A DNA stretch of 64,000 bases from Opitutales bacterium (lineage in GTDB: Bacteria > Verrucomicrobiota > Verrucomicrobiia > Opitutales > PNEW01). Shown one piece after another: positions 1 to 8,704 of this stretch (position 1 is its first letter; every line of letters begins with the position of its first letter). Below the pieces are notes generated by a model. The model was given only the letters and a program-made list of their open reading frames with translations. It did no database searches and had not been told where the DNA came from. The DNA lies in assembly GCA_965197745.1 (NCBI GenBank), contig CBDANS010000005.1:224001-288000 (forward strand), read 5' to 3'. Both the position numbers and the translations under genes were made by a program.

Positions 1-456
1 ATGGACAAAGAGGGGTGGAAGGTAAGCCGTAAATTCGTGCAAAAAGTGCGAAGAGCTGAAGGGCTTGGAGTGAAACCCTCTCGTCGCCGACAGAGACGAC
101 GAGGGCACTCTACTGGGCTCCCTACCAAAGCAGTAAAGCCGAACCATGTATGGAGTTGGGATTTTGTTGCCGACCACACCGATCGCGGAGGACAACTGCG
201 GATGATGACTTTGATCGATGAATATACTCGTAAATGCCTGGCCATAAAGGTATCTCGTTCGCTCAAAAGCGAAAACGTGTTGCAAGTCTTAGTCGAAGCT
301 ATTGAAGTGTATGGCAGCCCCCCATGCATCCGTTCCGATAAAGATTCGCAGTTCGTAGCACAAAAAGTCAGAGAAGCACTCCTAAATAACCAGATCGATA
401 TTATCTACATCGACCCTGGCAGCCCTTTGGCAGAATGGCTATGTTGAATCCTTTAA
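1..456 (+). pseudogene. IS3-family transposase OrfB fragment (integrase core), frameshifted and truncated
   Basis: Motifs PNHVWSWDF, LIDEYTR and IRSD. An extra T at about 426 breaks PGSP-WQNGYVESF (agccctttggcagaatggctatgttgaatccttt). Similarity ends at about 456. The 5' part lies outside the window. Confidence 0.9.
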
Positions 457-474
457 ACCATCGACGGCGTGACG

Positions 475-511
475 TACCGAGGAACGTAGTAATGCCATAG
501 CGAAGCACTCC
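475..511 (+). repeat. Degenerate copy of the GCGAAGC mini-hairpin insertion element
   Basis: taccgaggaacgtagtaatgccatagcgaagcactcc aligns with the copies at 6404, 10853 and 12552 (TnCCGAGGA start, second GCGAAGC, CC end). Confidence 0.5.
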
Positions 512-739
512 TGTACCCCGGTGGCCTGGGCGGATCGGTGGAATGGTGCGGAGTCTCGGAGACTGCCACGGATGCATCGTTTTGAGGATTCTCGTATAAC
601 GCAAATAAACGACCGTTTGGATCAATAAAAAAATTGATTTAAAGGGTTGACTTATTTAATATTTTTATCACAATATAGTGCAGAACTACAATTATTTAAG
701 AAATGAGATAATTCAAAGGGAATCAAAGGAATCACGCAG

Positions 740-988
740 ATGCTCCCCCAAAGAAAGGATAATAAGATGAAAGTAAAAGATGATCTAAGCATAGCGGAAA
801 AAATCAAAGCGGATTCACTATCAATTCAGCATCACGCTTTGCACATTAGCGAGTCGATGACTTCTTACGCTCGCTATAATGAACCACCATCAAAGGCAGC
901 GTTAGAGGAAGTTATAGAAACGTTGCAAGAAATTAGCATTCTTACGGAAAACCTTGAAGCTGATATTTCCGACCAGGATCAAAATTGA
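740..988 (+). CDS. Hypothetical protein (start may be ATG 767)
   Basis: ORF with purine-rich RBS-like sequence, directly upstream of the recombinase. No motif recognised. Confidence 0.55.
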   Translation: MLPQRKDNKMKVKDDLSIAEKIKADSLSIQHHALHISESMTSYARYNEPPSKAALEEVIETLQEISILTENLEADISDQDQN

Positions 989-1012
989 TTTATAGAACGA
1001 AAGGAAAAATAG

Positions 1013-1663
1013 ATGAAGGATGAAAAGATCGTGTGGGGCTATTGCCGGGTATCGACAACGGGCCAGGATTACCAGGGGCAAAAAGCTTCAATCTATGAGT
1101 ACGCCAATAAGCAGGGTTGGCAAATAGACCGCGTTTTGCAAACGACGGTGGGTAGTCGCAAGGGTGAGAAGGAACGTGGTATTGATGTTCTAAAGGATGC
1201 GGTACTGGAGGGTAAGGTCGATGTAATAATCTTCAGTGAATTATCGAGACTTGCCCGGAGCGTTGGCCAGATATGCCGCTTAGTTGAATTCTTTGTAAAA
1301 GACAGTGGGGCCTCGCTGCATTTCGTTAAGGAGGGTTTGGTTTTGGAGGATGGCAAGCGTGATGTAGGGACTAAGGTTACCTTCTTTATGTTCTCGATGC
1401 TCGCGGAGATTGAGCGTGATTTAATTAGTGAGCGAACGCGTGAAGCTTTGGCTGCACGAAAGGCTCAGGGCGTGGTTCTCGGTCGTAGAAGGGGTAGTCG
1501 GATTTTGAACGGCCGTGGCAATGAGATCCGGGACAAGATTGACCAAGGTGTGAAACAATATCGCATTGCCGAGGAACTCCATTGCTCCCCGAATACACTT
1601 TCGACGTGGTTAAAAGAGAACCGCAATGCCAAGGGTTGGATTATCAAAGAGGATGCATCGTGA
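1013..1663 (+). CDS. Serine recombinase (resolvase/invertase family) with C-terminal HTH
   Basis: N-terminal YCRVST (catalytic Ser), ELSRLARS, AEIERDLISERTREALAARKAQGVVLGR, and HTH-like IAEELHCSPNTLSTW. Confidence 0.92.
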   Translation: MKDEKIVWGYCRVSTTGQDYQGQKASIYEYANKQGWQIDRVLQTTVGSRKGEKERGIDVLKDAVLEGKVDVIIFSELSRLARSVGQICRLVEFFVKDSGASLHFVKEGLVLEDGKRDVGTKVTFFMFSMLAEIERDLISERTREALAARKAQGVVLGRRRGSRILNGRGNEIRDKIDQGVKQYRIAEELHCSPNTLSTWLKENRNAKGWIIKEDAS

Positions 1664-1809
1664 AGCGTGTATCAAAGCCTAAAGAACCTAAAGAACTTAA
1701 AAGAAAAAGAGATAAAGCTAGGAGCCGGTTTGTCAGCGATGGTAAAGGAGTTCGGGACGTTGTGTATGACCCGCCCAGAAAGAAAGGGAAGAGTAATGCT
1801 AGTAATTAA
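1660..1809 (+). CDS. Small basic hypothetical peptide (49 aa)
   Basis: GTG start overlaps the recombinase TGA (GTGA). Its stop overlaps the next start by 14 nt. It shares an A-x-x-RFV motif with 2094-2237. Confidence 0.5.
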   Translation: MKRVSKPKEPKELKRKRDKARSRFVSDGKGVRDVVYDPPRKKGKSNASN

Positions 1810-2059
1810 GATTGAGGATGAAGTGCTGACTTACAATCGGCGGCAGAGTAAATGGGTCTGTTCTGATCGAGTGCTCGAAGCCGTTGCCAACAACATGTTA
1901 CCCGAAGGGCGGATGTCGCACGAAGTTATATTTATGGAAGAGGGTGGGACAGAGGGCTTCGTGCTGCGGTACATGGAAAAGATATGGGACGACGATCTTG
2001 AAGTCATTGCTTATGACCCCGACCCCCCGCCCGAATCAGAGGAGGGAATTGTTTATTAA
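1796..2059 (+). CDS. Tandem paralog 1 (MLVIK... family, 87 aa)
   Basis: ATG 1796 follows an RBS-like gggaagag. Clearly paralogous to 2224-2484 and 2519-2794. Confidence 0.8.
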   Translation: MLVIKIEDEVLTYNRRQSKWVCSDRVLEAVANNMLPEGRMSHEVIFMEEGGTEGFVLRYMEKIWDDDLEVIAYDPDPPPESEEGIVY

Positions 2060-2089
2060 GGGTAAAATAATGATAACATAACAAAGGAA
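2059..2089 (+). repeat. 31-bp intergenic direct repeat, copy 1
   Basis: agggtaaaataatgataacataacaaaggaa, 30/31 identical to 2484-2514. Confidence 0.9.
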
Positions 2090-2093
2090 ATAT

Positions 2094-2237
2094 ATGCCAA
2101 AACAACCACTTGAGAAAGATAACATTGACGATTTGACAGAGGAGGAATTGCGGGAGCGTGCGAAGCGGTTCGTGTTTGAGCCGGATGACATCATTGTTAT
2201 TGATGACGGAGAGGAAGAGGAAGATGCTGGTAATTAA
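2094..2237 (+). CDS. Small acidic hypothetical peptide (47 aa; not in ORF track)
   Basis: MPKQPLEKDNIDDLTEEELRERAKRFVFEPDDIIVIDDGEEEEDAGN. RBS aaagga upstream; overlaps the next ATG by 14 nt, the same layout as 1660-1809. Confidence 0.6.
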   Translation: MPKQPLEKDNIDDLTEEELRERAKRFVFEPDDIIVIDDGEEEEDAGN

Positions 2238-2484
2238 GATAGATGATGAGGTGCTCACCTTTGATCTACGCAAGTGGGAATGGGTAAGCTCTGATGAAGT
2301 GCTGGCTTCCGTGCTTAATGGGATGATTCCCTACGATGAGATAAGCGGAGTTGAAATGGCGTTTGTTAATCGTGGCGTGGAGGGGGCTGTTTTGGACCAT
2401 TTCAAAGAGATCTGGCCTGAACTTAAAGTAGTGGTGTTTGAACCCGAACCTCCGCCTCCGCAGATCCCTGGTGTCCTGTATTGA
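2224..2484 (+). CDS. Tandem paralog 2 (MLVIK... family, 86 aa)
   Basis: MLVIKIDDEVL...WVSSD..L...LN...G.EG.VL....IWPELKV..FEPEPPPP..PGVLY. Confidence 0.8.
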   Translation: MLVIKIDDEVLTFDLRKWEWVSSDEVLASVLNGMIPYDEISGVEMAFVNRGVEGAVLDHFKEIWPELKVVVFEPEPPPPQIPGVLY

Positions 2485-2514
2485 GGGTGAAATAATGATA
2501 ACATAACAAAGGAA
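2484..2514 (+). repeat. 31-bp intergenic direct repeat, copy 2
   Basis: agggtgaaataatgataacataacaaaggaa. Confidence 0.9.
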
Positions 2515-2518
2515 GAAG

Positions 2519-2794
2519 ATGCTAGTAATTAAGGTATGTGACGAGGTTCTTATATTTGGGCCAGACGGGGAATGGGTGAGTTCGGATAATAAGGTATTGG
2601 CCGACACTCTCAACGCTATGTTTCTCGATGATTATGGGAATCCTGCCATAGTATTTTCAGAGGGTGGCAATGAGGGACTAATATTGCGTCATCTGCAGAC
2701 GATCTGGCCTGAGCTTGAGGTGTTGGTCTTTGAACCCGAACCTCCACCTCCGGAGAGGCCTGGTATTTTGTATTCCTGTAACGAGGAGGGTTGA
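2519..2794 (+). CDS. Tandem paralog 3 (MLVIK... family, 91 aa)
   Basis: Same motifs as the other two; the C-terminus extends 6 aa beyond GILY. Confidence 0.8.
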   Translation: MLVIKVCDEVLIFGPDGEWVSSDNKVLADTLNAMFLDDYGNPAIVFSEGGNEGLILRHLQTIWPELEVLVFEPEPPPPERPGILYSCNEEG

Positions 2795-2854
2795 AACGGT
2801 TTGACTGAAAGGCGGTGTTTTGGTACGCCGCCGTGGGGCCCGTAAGGGCCAACT

Positions 2855-3235
2855 ATGGAGAAATCACAACAGGAATCGAAGAAGCGAAGCAAAGCCACGC
2901 CCACGCCCAGAAGACGGCTGCCAGTAACCTATGTGCCTAAGTTATGGACACAGGCAGATTTGAGAATGGCTTCGGTCCGAACGATTAGGAGTCGATATGA
3001 AGAATTCGTCAGTGATTCCAATGCGGTGTCAGTAATGAAAAAATCACTTTGTGACCGTGCTGCATTTCTATCTGTCTACATCGAAACGCTGGAAGTGATT
3101 GCCGTTGAGACGGGTGAACTTGAGAGCGGATCTTATGTTTAGGCGGTCAATGCTTACTTAGGGCTTCTCAAGACGCTGGGACTTGATAAGGCAACCACTG
3201 AAATAACTTTGAAGGCATACCAGAATGCGAATTAA
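2855..3235 (+). pseudogene. Phage-like gene upstream of terminase (possible small subunit), interrupted by in-frame TAG at 3140-3142
   Basis: The frame continues after the TAG as AVNAYLGLLKTLGLDKA...NAN to TAA at 3235, overlapping the terminase ATG at 3225. Confidence 0.55.
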
Positions 3236-4250
3236 CAACATCATCGAGGCCATTGAGGACGAGAACATTTTTAAGCCCTTCCTGGGCGATTTGGATTCAT
3301 GGCAGGGTTGGTTGACCGCCCTGCAGGTGCTTTACGGATAGGATATGAAGTCAACGAAGGACAAAGCCAATCTCATCTGCCTTTGCACCGGCTGGGAGCG
3401 AAAGCCCCAGTTTGAACCTGGAGGTTTTAAAACAGCTTTGTTTCTGATCGGTAGAAGAGGAGGGAAGTCACGTGTCATTTCCATTGTTGGAGCATTCGAG
3501 GCCATCTTGGCAGAGCATGACAAAAAATTGGCCAAAGGTGAGAAAGGGATTTTACCGATCATAGCCCCGACCAAGGCACAGGCCGGAATCATCAAGAATT
3601 ACCTGCGCTCGATCTTTGAAACAGACATCCTCAAGAATGAAATTGCGGAGGAGACAAGAGACGGATTTGACCTGATAAATAATATCTCTGTGCGGGTCAT
3701 GGCCGGCGATTTCAGAACCGTTAGGGGCTTCACTTTGGTATGCTCAATAATTGATGAGGCTTGTTTTTTTGGTGTGGAGGAGGGAGCCAAGATCAGATCC
3801 GATACCGAGTTGATCCGAGCAGTCCGGCCGGGGCTCTCCACGCTCGGAGGACGCATGATCGTAATCTCCAGTCCATACGCTGAAAAGGGATGGTGCTATG
3901 AGCAGTACTGTTCGCATTTCGCAAATAAACCAAGTGGTGTTTTGGTTTGGAATGCTGCCTCAAGGACAATGAACCCCACGTTGCTCCAATCGGTGGTTGA
4001 TGATGCTTTGAGAGAAGACAAGAACTCAGCCAGAAGTGAGTACTTGGGCGAATTCAGGGATGATATTTCGGACAACCTGCGCCGCGCCGCGGTCGTGACC
4101 TGCGTTATCGCGGGAGAAACGACCGGGATAGAGTCCCAGAAAGGAAGCTCAGTTTGTAGCATAAACCCCTCCCTTTCACATCACACGCATCAAACAAACA
4201 CGCCTCACAATGCACATTACGCAAATGAGCCGAGTCTACAATCCAACTGA
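3225..4250 (+). pseudogene. Phage terminase large subunit, ATPase domain only; in-frame TAG at 3339-3341; nuclease domain missing
   Basis: Walker A GRRGGKS, Walker B IIDEACF, coupling motif ISSP and SEYLGEF. In-frame ATG at 3225 ([21 protein letters not shown]). Sequence looks non-homologous after about 4115. Confidence 0.8.
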
Positions 4251-4285
4251 TAAGGTAAATCCCTCTCAATTCTGTTGTCAAAAGT

Positions 4286-4804
4286 ATGAATACATCCGTT
4301 TTAGCTCAGCTCCACCGTAGGGGCGTTCACCTTTTGAGGATAAACTCTGCCCCGTTCCTGCCTTTCAAGGGAGACTCGAAATACCTTCCAAGTTTGATCC
4401 AACTGCGCCAACACGTCAGGAAGGGAGGCCTGATCGGCATGAGCCCTGGCCCCGATAGCATAGCCGTGATGAAAGTCTCTGGCAAAGAGTCGAGTGTGGT
4501 TTTCGATGCCCTGGTGGGATACGATCCGCTTTGCATCTCTCGGAGCGCAGGCAACGGGTTCTTGTTCTGGTTTGGTGATCATGTGGGGGAACTCAAGGGA
4601 TTGTTAAAGTGGGAGTTCATGGGGGCCAGGGGTAGCGTTGTTTGCGGCAAACGATGGTTCATACTGGCCGACTTGGGCAAGGCTTATGTCGAGTCGATCC
4701 AAAAGGGCCGCGTTAGTGACGATCACCCTTTACCCCTGGAATTGCTAAGAGGAGGATCGCAAGCGCACTCGGCCGCAAGCGGGGATGCGAAACTCTTTGA
4801 CTGA
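4286..4804 (+). CDS. Hypothetical protein, possibly a degenerate Prim-Pol (bifunctional primase-polymerase N-terminal) domain
   Basis: Spacing of GGLIGMSPG / IAVMKV / SAGNGFLFWF / RGSVVCG recalls Prim-Pol motifs, but the catalytic DxD and His are absent. Confidence 0.35.
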   Translation: MNTSVLAQLHRRGVHLLRINSAPFLPFKGDSKYLPSLIQLRQHVRKGGLIGMSPGPDSIAVMKVSGKESSVVFDALVGYDPLCISRSAGNGFLFWFGDHVGELKGLLKWEFMGARGSVVCGKRWFILADLGKAYVESIQKGRVSDDHPLPLELLRGGSQAHSAASGDAKLFD

Positions 4805-5211
4805 AAGGTGTTCCTGGTCCTGTGCAACTGCGATAAAACCCCGTTGTGATAGGGCTGGAACACAGGGAACTTGGCCCCAATATTGGATGCGGTCCTTAAA
4901 CACGACGTGGCCGCGGGCTTTACAGGGTGGATCCCGTGGATAAGCAATCCTTAAAGAGTACCTGAACGAATTCATGTAATATCATTGGCATTGATTCAAG
5001 TTCAACACATTCTCCCGCGTAAAAATTGCTTCGTGAATGGTGGTACATACATGGATTCGAGAAAAGGACTTGAGTGTTATCTCTATTTCGAGTACAGATA
5101 CGTGCTGGATTCCAGCATGTATTCCAACATGGCCAAAGCTTGGGCACATCCGCGCTCGGTGTGACAAAAAAGTAAGAACTCCTTAACGACACCGAAAAGA
5201 AAGACAACACA

Positions 5212-5924
5212 ATGAGTGAATTCCTTAGTCCTGCAGTTCAGGCGCAGAACATTATTCGATACGTTTGTGATAAAATTATTGAATCAAGAAATGTTATTCC
5301 TGAACTCTCTGGCGACTTGCACAGTGAGATCGGTGCACCAAGCAGTGATCTTGCCTTTAAGCTGATAGTGGAATTGGTGGAAAAGGGAGTTCTCAATGAT
5401 GGTACTAACGGAAAAATTCACCCAGCAGCTTCTGCTCTCAGGAACGTTAACCTAACTCTTGAAGGATGGGAAAAGTACGAAGCGGAGAAACGTGGCAGGT
5501 TCGATGGAAACTACGGTTTCATTGCTATGAAGTTTGGCGATGACGATCTCGACGACCTTGTTCAGAACGTTGTGAAACCTACATTGAAAGAAGGTATCGG
5601 CTACGAACTCTATAATATGAAGGATGTCTCGCGGGCGGGGATTATAGATGACACATTATGCGCGTTCAAATCAGAGACTCTGCGTTCGTCATTGCCGAAC
5701 TAACGCACGACAATCCTGGCGCCTATTGGGAAGCAGGATACGCGGAAGGTTTAGGTAAGCCCGTAATCTATATCTGCAAAAAAGAAAAATTCGACGAGAT
5801 ATCAACCCACTTCGACACAAATCACTGTACAACGGTTTTATGGTCCAGAGACAACGATGAGGGCTTCCAGCAAGAATTGATTGCCACACTTCGCCGCTCC
5901 CTCGATCTCAGATCAGAAGTGTGA
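5212..5924 (+). pseudogene. Nucleoside 2-deoxyribosyltransferase-like domain protein, frameshifted at about 5652
   Basis: GFIAMKF...IIDD in the first frame joins MRVQIRDSAFVIAELTHDNPGAYWEAGYAEGLGKPVIY...HFD in the second. A 1-nt deletion in gatgacacattatg explains the split. Confidence 0.75.
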
Positions 5925-6280
5925 GACAGTCGCTCACCTGTAGAGGCACATGGATCACAAAGCTTTACATTACTGATCGGACCACGTTTTTCGTACCAAT
6001 TTTTAAGTGAGAGAGTTACCGAGTGTTGATGGTTTTAGGATTGATGTATATGAGAAATCTTGGCGAAGTGAGGGCGTAGCCCTAACGCGGCCAGGATCTG
6101 AAAGGAATCTGACAAACTCTTGCGGGCTTTTAAAGCCTAAACGACTGTAAGGATGTTCATGATTAATAGGTATGACGCCATTGTTCGATTACCACTTGAG
6201 CTTCAGCCACGCTGAGCAACACTTCGCGATTCAAACACTCATCGCGTAAGCGGTTGTGAAACGACTCAATGAAACCATTT

Positions 6281-6323
6281 GTTATTCTCGCTTTGGCTCG
6301 TTGAGGTGTCGCTTCGCTCGGTA
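6281..6323 (-). repeat. 43-nt GCGAAGC-type insertion (net +42, in frame)
   Basis: taccgagcgaagcgacacctcaacgagccaaagcgagaataac splits the conserved PGSPW-Q-NGFIES motif. Confidence 0.8.
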
Positions 6324-6403
6324 GCCAGGGACTGCCCGGATCGATATAGATCGCCTTGATGTTTTTGTCGGACAACCACTGCTGCACCTGATGAGCAATG
6401 AAT

Positions 6404-6435
6404 GGCTTCGCATGTCGTCGCTTCGCTCCTCGGGA
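6404..6435 (-). repeat. 32-nt GCGAAGC-type insertion
   Basis: tcccgaggagcgaagcgacgacatgcgaagcc splits SDNGS-E-FI; 31/32 identical to 10853-10884. Confidence 0.9.
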
Positions 6436-6973
6436 CACTGCCGTTATCACTACGGATATAGCTGGGAGCTCCCTCCTCTTCAATGGCCTCGCTAAGCACA
6501 GAGAGGACATCGGATGAGGTGAGTTGACGAGCTACCCGGATACTCAGATATTTACGCGTATATTCATCGATCAGAGTCATCATCTTTAATGGACCGCCAT
6601 TGTCTGTGCGGTCATGGACAAAGTCCCAAGACCAGACGTGATTGCGCCCCTGTAGAGACCCCTTGACGGTGTCTACGCTTTTTCGGTGGCTTTATCTGCA
6701 GCCCTTCTGAACGTCGTACCGCCTGGACAAACTTCCTGCTTGTTGCCCAGCCTTCCTTTACCAGCAAGGCACGGATGCGCCGGTAACCGTAGCAGGGATG
6801 TTCCCAGGACAGGGTTACAATCCGCTCGGTCAACCTCTGAGCTTTCTTACTGGCTTGCTTGGGCCGGTAGCTGTACGTTGACCAACTGAGGCTGAGATAA
6901 GCACAAGCCCTCCGCAACGAGCACAGCCCTCTGTCAGCCGCATCTTTTACTACTCGCTTCTTCTGCTTTGGGC

Positions 6974-7240
6974 TCACCACTTTTTTGATAGCGTTTCCTC
7001 CATCACCTGATTCTTGAGCATTTGATCAGCGAGCAGTTTCTTCAACTCGGTGTTTTCTTTTTCCAGCTCTTTAAATCGCTTCGCATCGGCCAGTTCCAAG
7101 TTGCCATACTTTTTACGCCAGCGATAGAAGGTCTGTTCACTTAGGTTGTTGCTGCGGCAGATTTCCTCTACCGTTTTACCGGTGTCGGCCTGCCGAAGTA
7201 TTCCTATAATCTGTTCTGTTGTGTATCTTTTTCTTTTCAT
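6974..7240 (-). CDS. IS3 OrfA (HTH transposase)
   Basis: MKRKRYTTEQIIGIL...SEQTFYRWRKKYG...ELEKENTELKKLLAD. Confidence 0.9.
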   Translation of the reverse strand: MKRKRYTTEQIIGILRQADTGKTVEEICRSNNLSEQTFYRWRKKYGNLELADAKRFKELEKENTELKKLLADQMLKNQVMEETLSKKW

Positions 7241-7412
7241 TGAGGTTATCTGTTTATCCCGATAACCTCTCTCTGTAAATGATACGATTTTTGGGGGCAC
7301 ATCAGTGACGTCTGATTACTGATAACTGTAATTCAATTGTTTTTCTTTGACTCATAACACTTAACTCTCAACTTTGCTTACCCTTTTCCGTTAGGTTTCA
7401 TAGTCAGACATT

Positions 7413-8504
7413 TTGAAATATAATCCTTATTCTTATTTTACTTTTGGGTTTTTAACTTTGCTGCTTTCTGTACTGCATACTGGAGGTGAGGATATAAAAA
7501 AATCTTCAGCTAAAACGGTCGACCATCCGCAAAACATTCAAAGCCCTGCAGGTATGTTATGGATTCCAGGTGGCGCTTTTATGATGGGAGATGACACAGG
7601 GAATAAGGTAATGCCGCATGGCGGCTATAACAATGAGAGCCCTGTTCATGAGGTGAAGCTCGATGGATTCTGGATAGATATGACTCCCGTGATAAACGAA
7701 CAATACGCGAAGTTTGTGGAAGAGACAGGTTACATTACCTATTCAGAACAAAAGCCCAAAGCGGAAGATTGGCCGGGTGCACTACCTGAGATGCTTATTC
7801 CCGCATCGATTGTTTTTAAACAACCCACCGGCAAAGTTGACATGAGAAATTTATATAACTGGTGGGAATATAAACCAGGTGCAAATTGGCGACATCCCGA
7901 AGGACTGGAAAGCAGTATCGAAGAGAGAATGAATCATCCCGTGGTACATGTGACCTATGATGACGCAATGGCTTATTGCAAATGGGCAGGTAAGGAGATG
8001 CCTACCGAAGCACAATGGGAGTACGCAGCACGTGGTCGCTTGGATAATAAGGTATACACATGGGGAGATCAACCCGAGCATCTTGAGAATAAAGTGATGA
8101 ATTATTGGGAAGGGAATTTCCCTTACGAAAACAGTGGCAACGATGGCCATAGTATTACATCACCTGTTGGCAGTTATCCACCCAACGGATACGGTCTTTA
8201 TGACATGGCCGGCAATGTCTGGGAATGGGTATCAGATTGGTATCATCCCCGGTATTATGAAGTCAGCTCTAAAGAAAACCCTACAGGAGTTATTAAAGAA
8301 CATAGCCTTGATCCTAATGAACCCGGTATTCCAAAACGCATTGTTAAAGGCGGATCATTCTTATGCAGCGAAAATTATTGTACCGGATTCAGGCCGAGTG
8401 CCCGTATGGCTACAGACCCACGATCCAGTTCTAATCACACGGGTTTCCGTTGTGTCGTGACGCAGAAGATGCGGGGAAATATAAATTTCCCAAAATACAA
8501 ATGA
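7413..8504 (+). CDS. Formylglycine-generating enzyme family (FGE-sulfatase/SUMF1) protein
   Basis: FMMG, HPVVHVTYDDA, PTEAQWEYAARG, NGYGLYDMAGNVWEW, GGSFLCSENYC..R, HTGFRC. Hydrophobic N-terminus. Confidence 0.92.
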   Translation: MKYNPYSYFTFGFLTLLLSVLHTGGEDIKKSSAKTVDHPQNIQSPAGMLWIPGGAFMMGDDTGNKVMPHGGYNNESPVHEVKLDGFWIDMTPVINEQYAKFVEETGYITYSEQKPKAEDWPGALPEMLIPASIVFKQPTGKVDMRNLYNWWEYKPGANWRHPEGLESSIEERMNHPVVHVTYDDAMAYCKWAGKEMPTEAQWEYAARGRLDNKVYTWGDQPEHLENKVMNYWEGNFPYENSGNDGHSITSPVGSYPPNGYGLYDMAGNVWEWVSDWYHPRYYEVSSKENPTGVIKEHSLDPNEPGIPKRIVKGGSFLCSENYCTGFRPSARMATDPRSSSNHTGFRCVVTQKMRGNINFPKYK

Positions 8505-8655
8505 CAAAATACAAATAAATTCTAATGATTGAGAAACCAAAACGACAAAAAGGATAAAAGAATATCTGATTCCTTATTATTTAATACCGTTTGGTAATTT
8601 AGATTTTGTAATTTAAATATTATTTGAGATTTGTGATTTGTCTTTTTGTCATTTG
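8498..8655. repeat. AT-rich imperfect palindromic intergenic element, copy 1
   Basis: Ends caaatgacaaaa (8498-8509) and ttttgtcatttg (8644-8655) are perfect complements. A/C-rich left arm, T/G-rich right arm. Confidence 0.65.
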
Positions 8656-8704
8656 AATTTCATGATTTTTCTTTTGACAATTTACCGATCAATCCGGTCC
8701 CACC

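Larger units (their letters stand above)
6163..6977 (-). pseudogene. IS3 OrfB transposase, fragmented
   Basis: YGYRRI, LIDEYTR, IRSDNG, PGSPW and ESFHNRLRDECLN are spread over three frames. Two short insertions at 6281-6323 and 6404-6435. Confidence 0.9.
5974..7304 (-). mobile_element. IS3-family (IS407-like) insertion sequence, OrfB inactivated
   Basis: Imperfect terminal IRs TGATGTGCCCCCAAAAATCGTATCA (7304 end) and TGATCGGACCACGTTTTTCGTACCA (5974 end). OrfA/OrfB junction carries an AAAAAAG slippage motif. No target duplication visible. Confidence 0.9.

Noticed and set aside
590..680. res site and sigma70 promoter upstream of the recombinase (aaacgaccgttt, TTGACT)
   Set aside because: Suggestive only: the -35/-10 spacing is poor and no partner site could be identified.
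1790..2800. CRISPR array or integron cassette array
   Set aside because: The repeats are paralogous coding units with only two copies of a 31-bp spacer. There is no regular repeat-spacer period, no cas gene, no attC-like palindrome and no tyrosine integrase.
2800..4808. 13-bp direct repeat tttgactgaaagg (2800-2812, 4796-4808) as att sites around the terminase block
   Set aside because: Short enough to arise by chance, with no supporting integrase or target gene.
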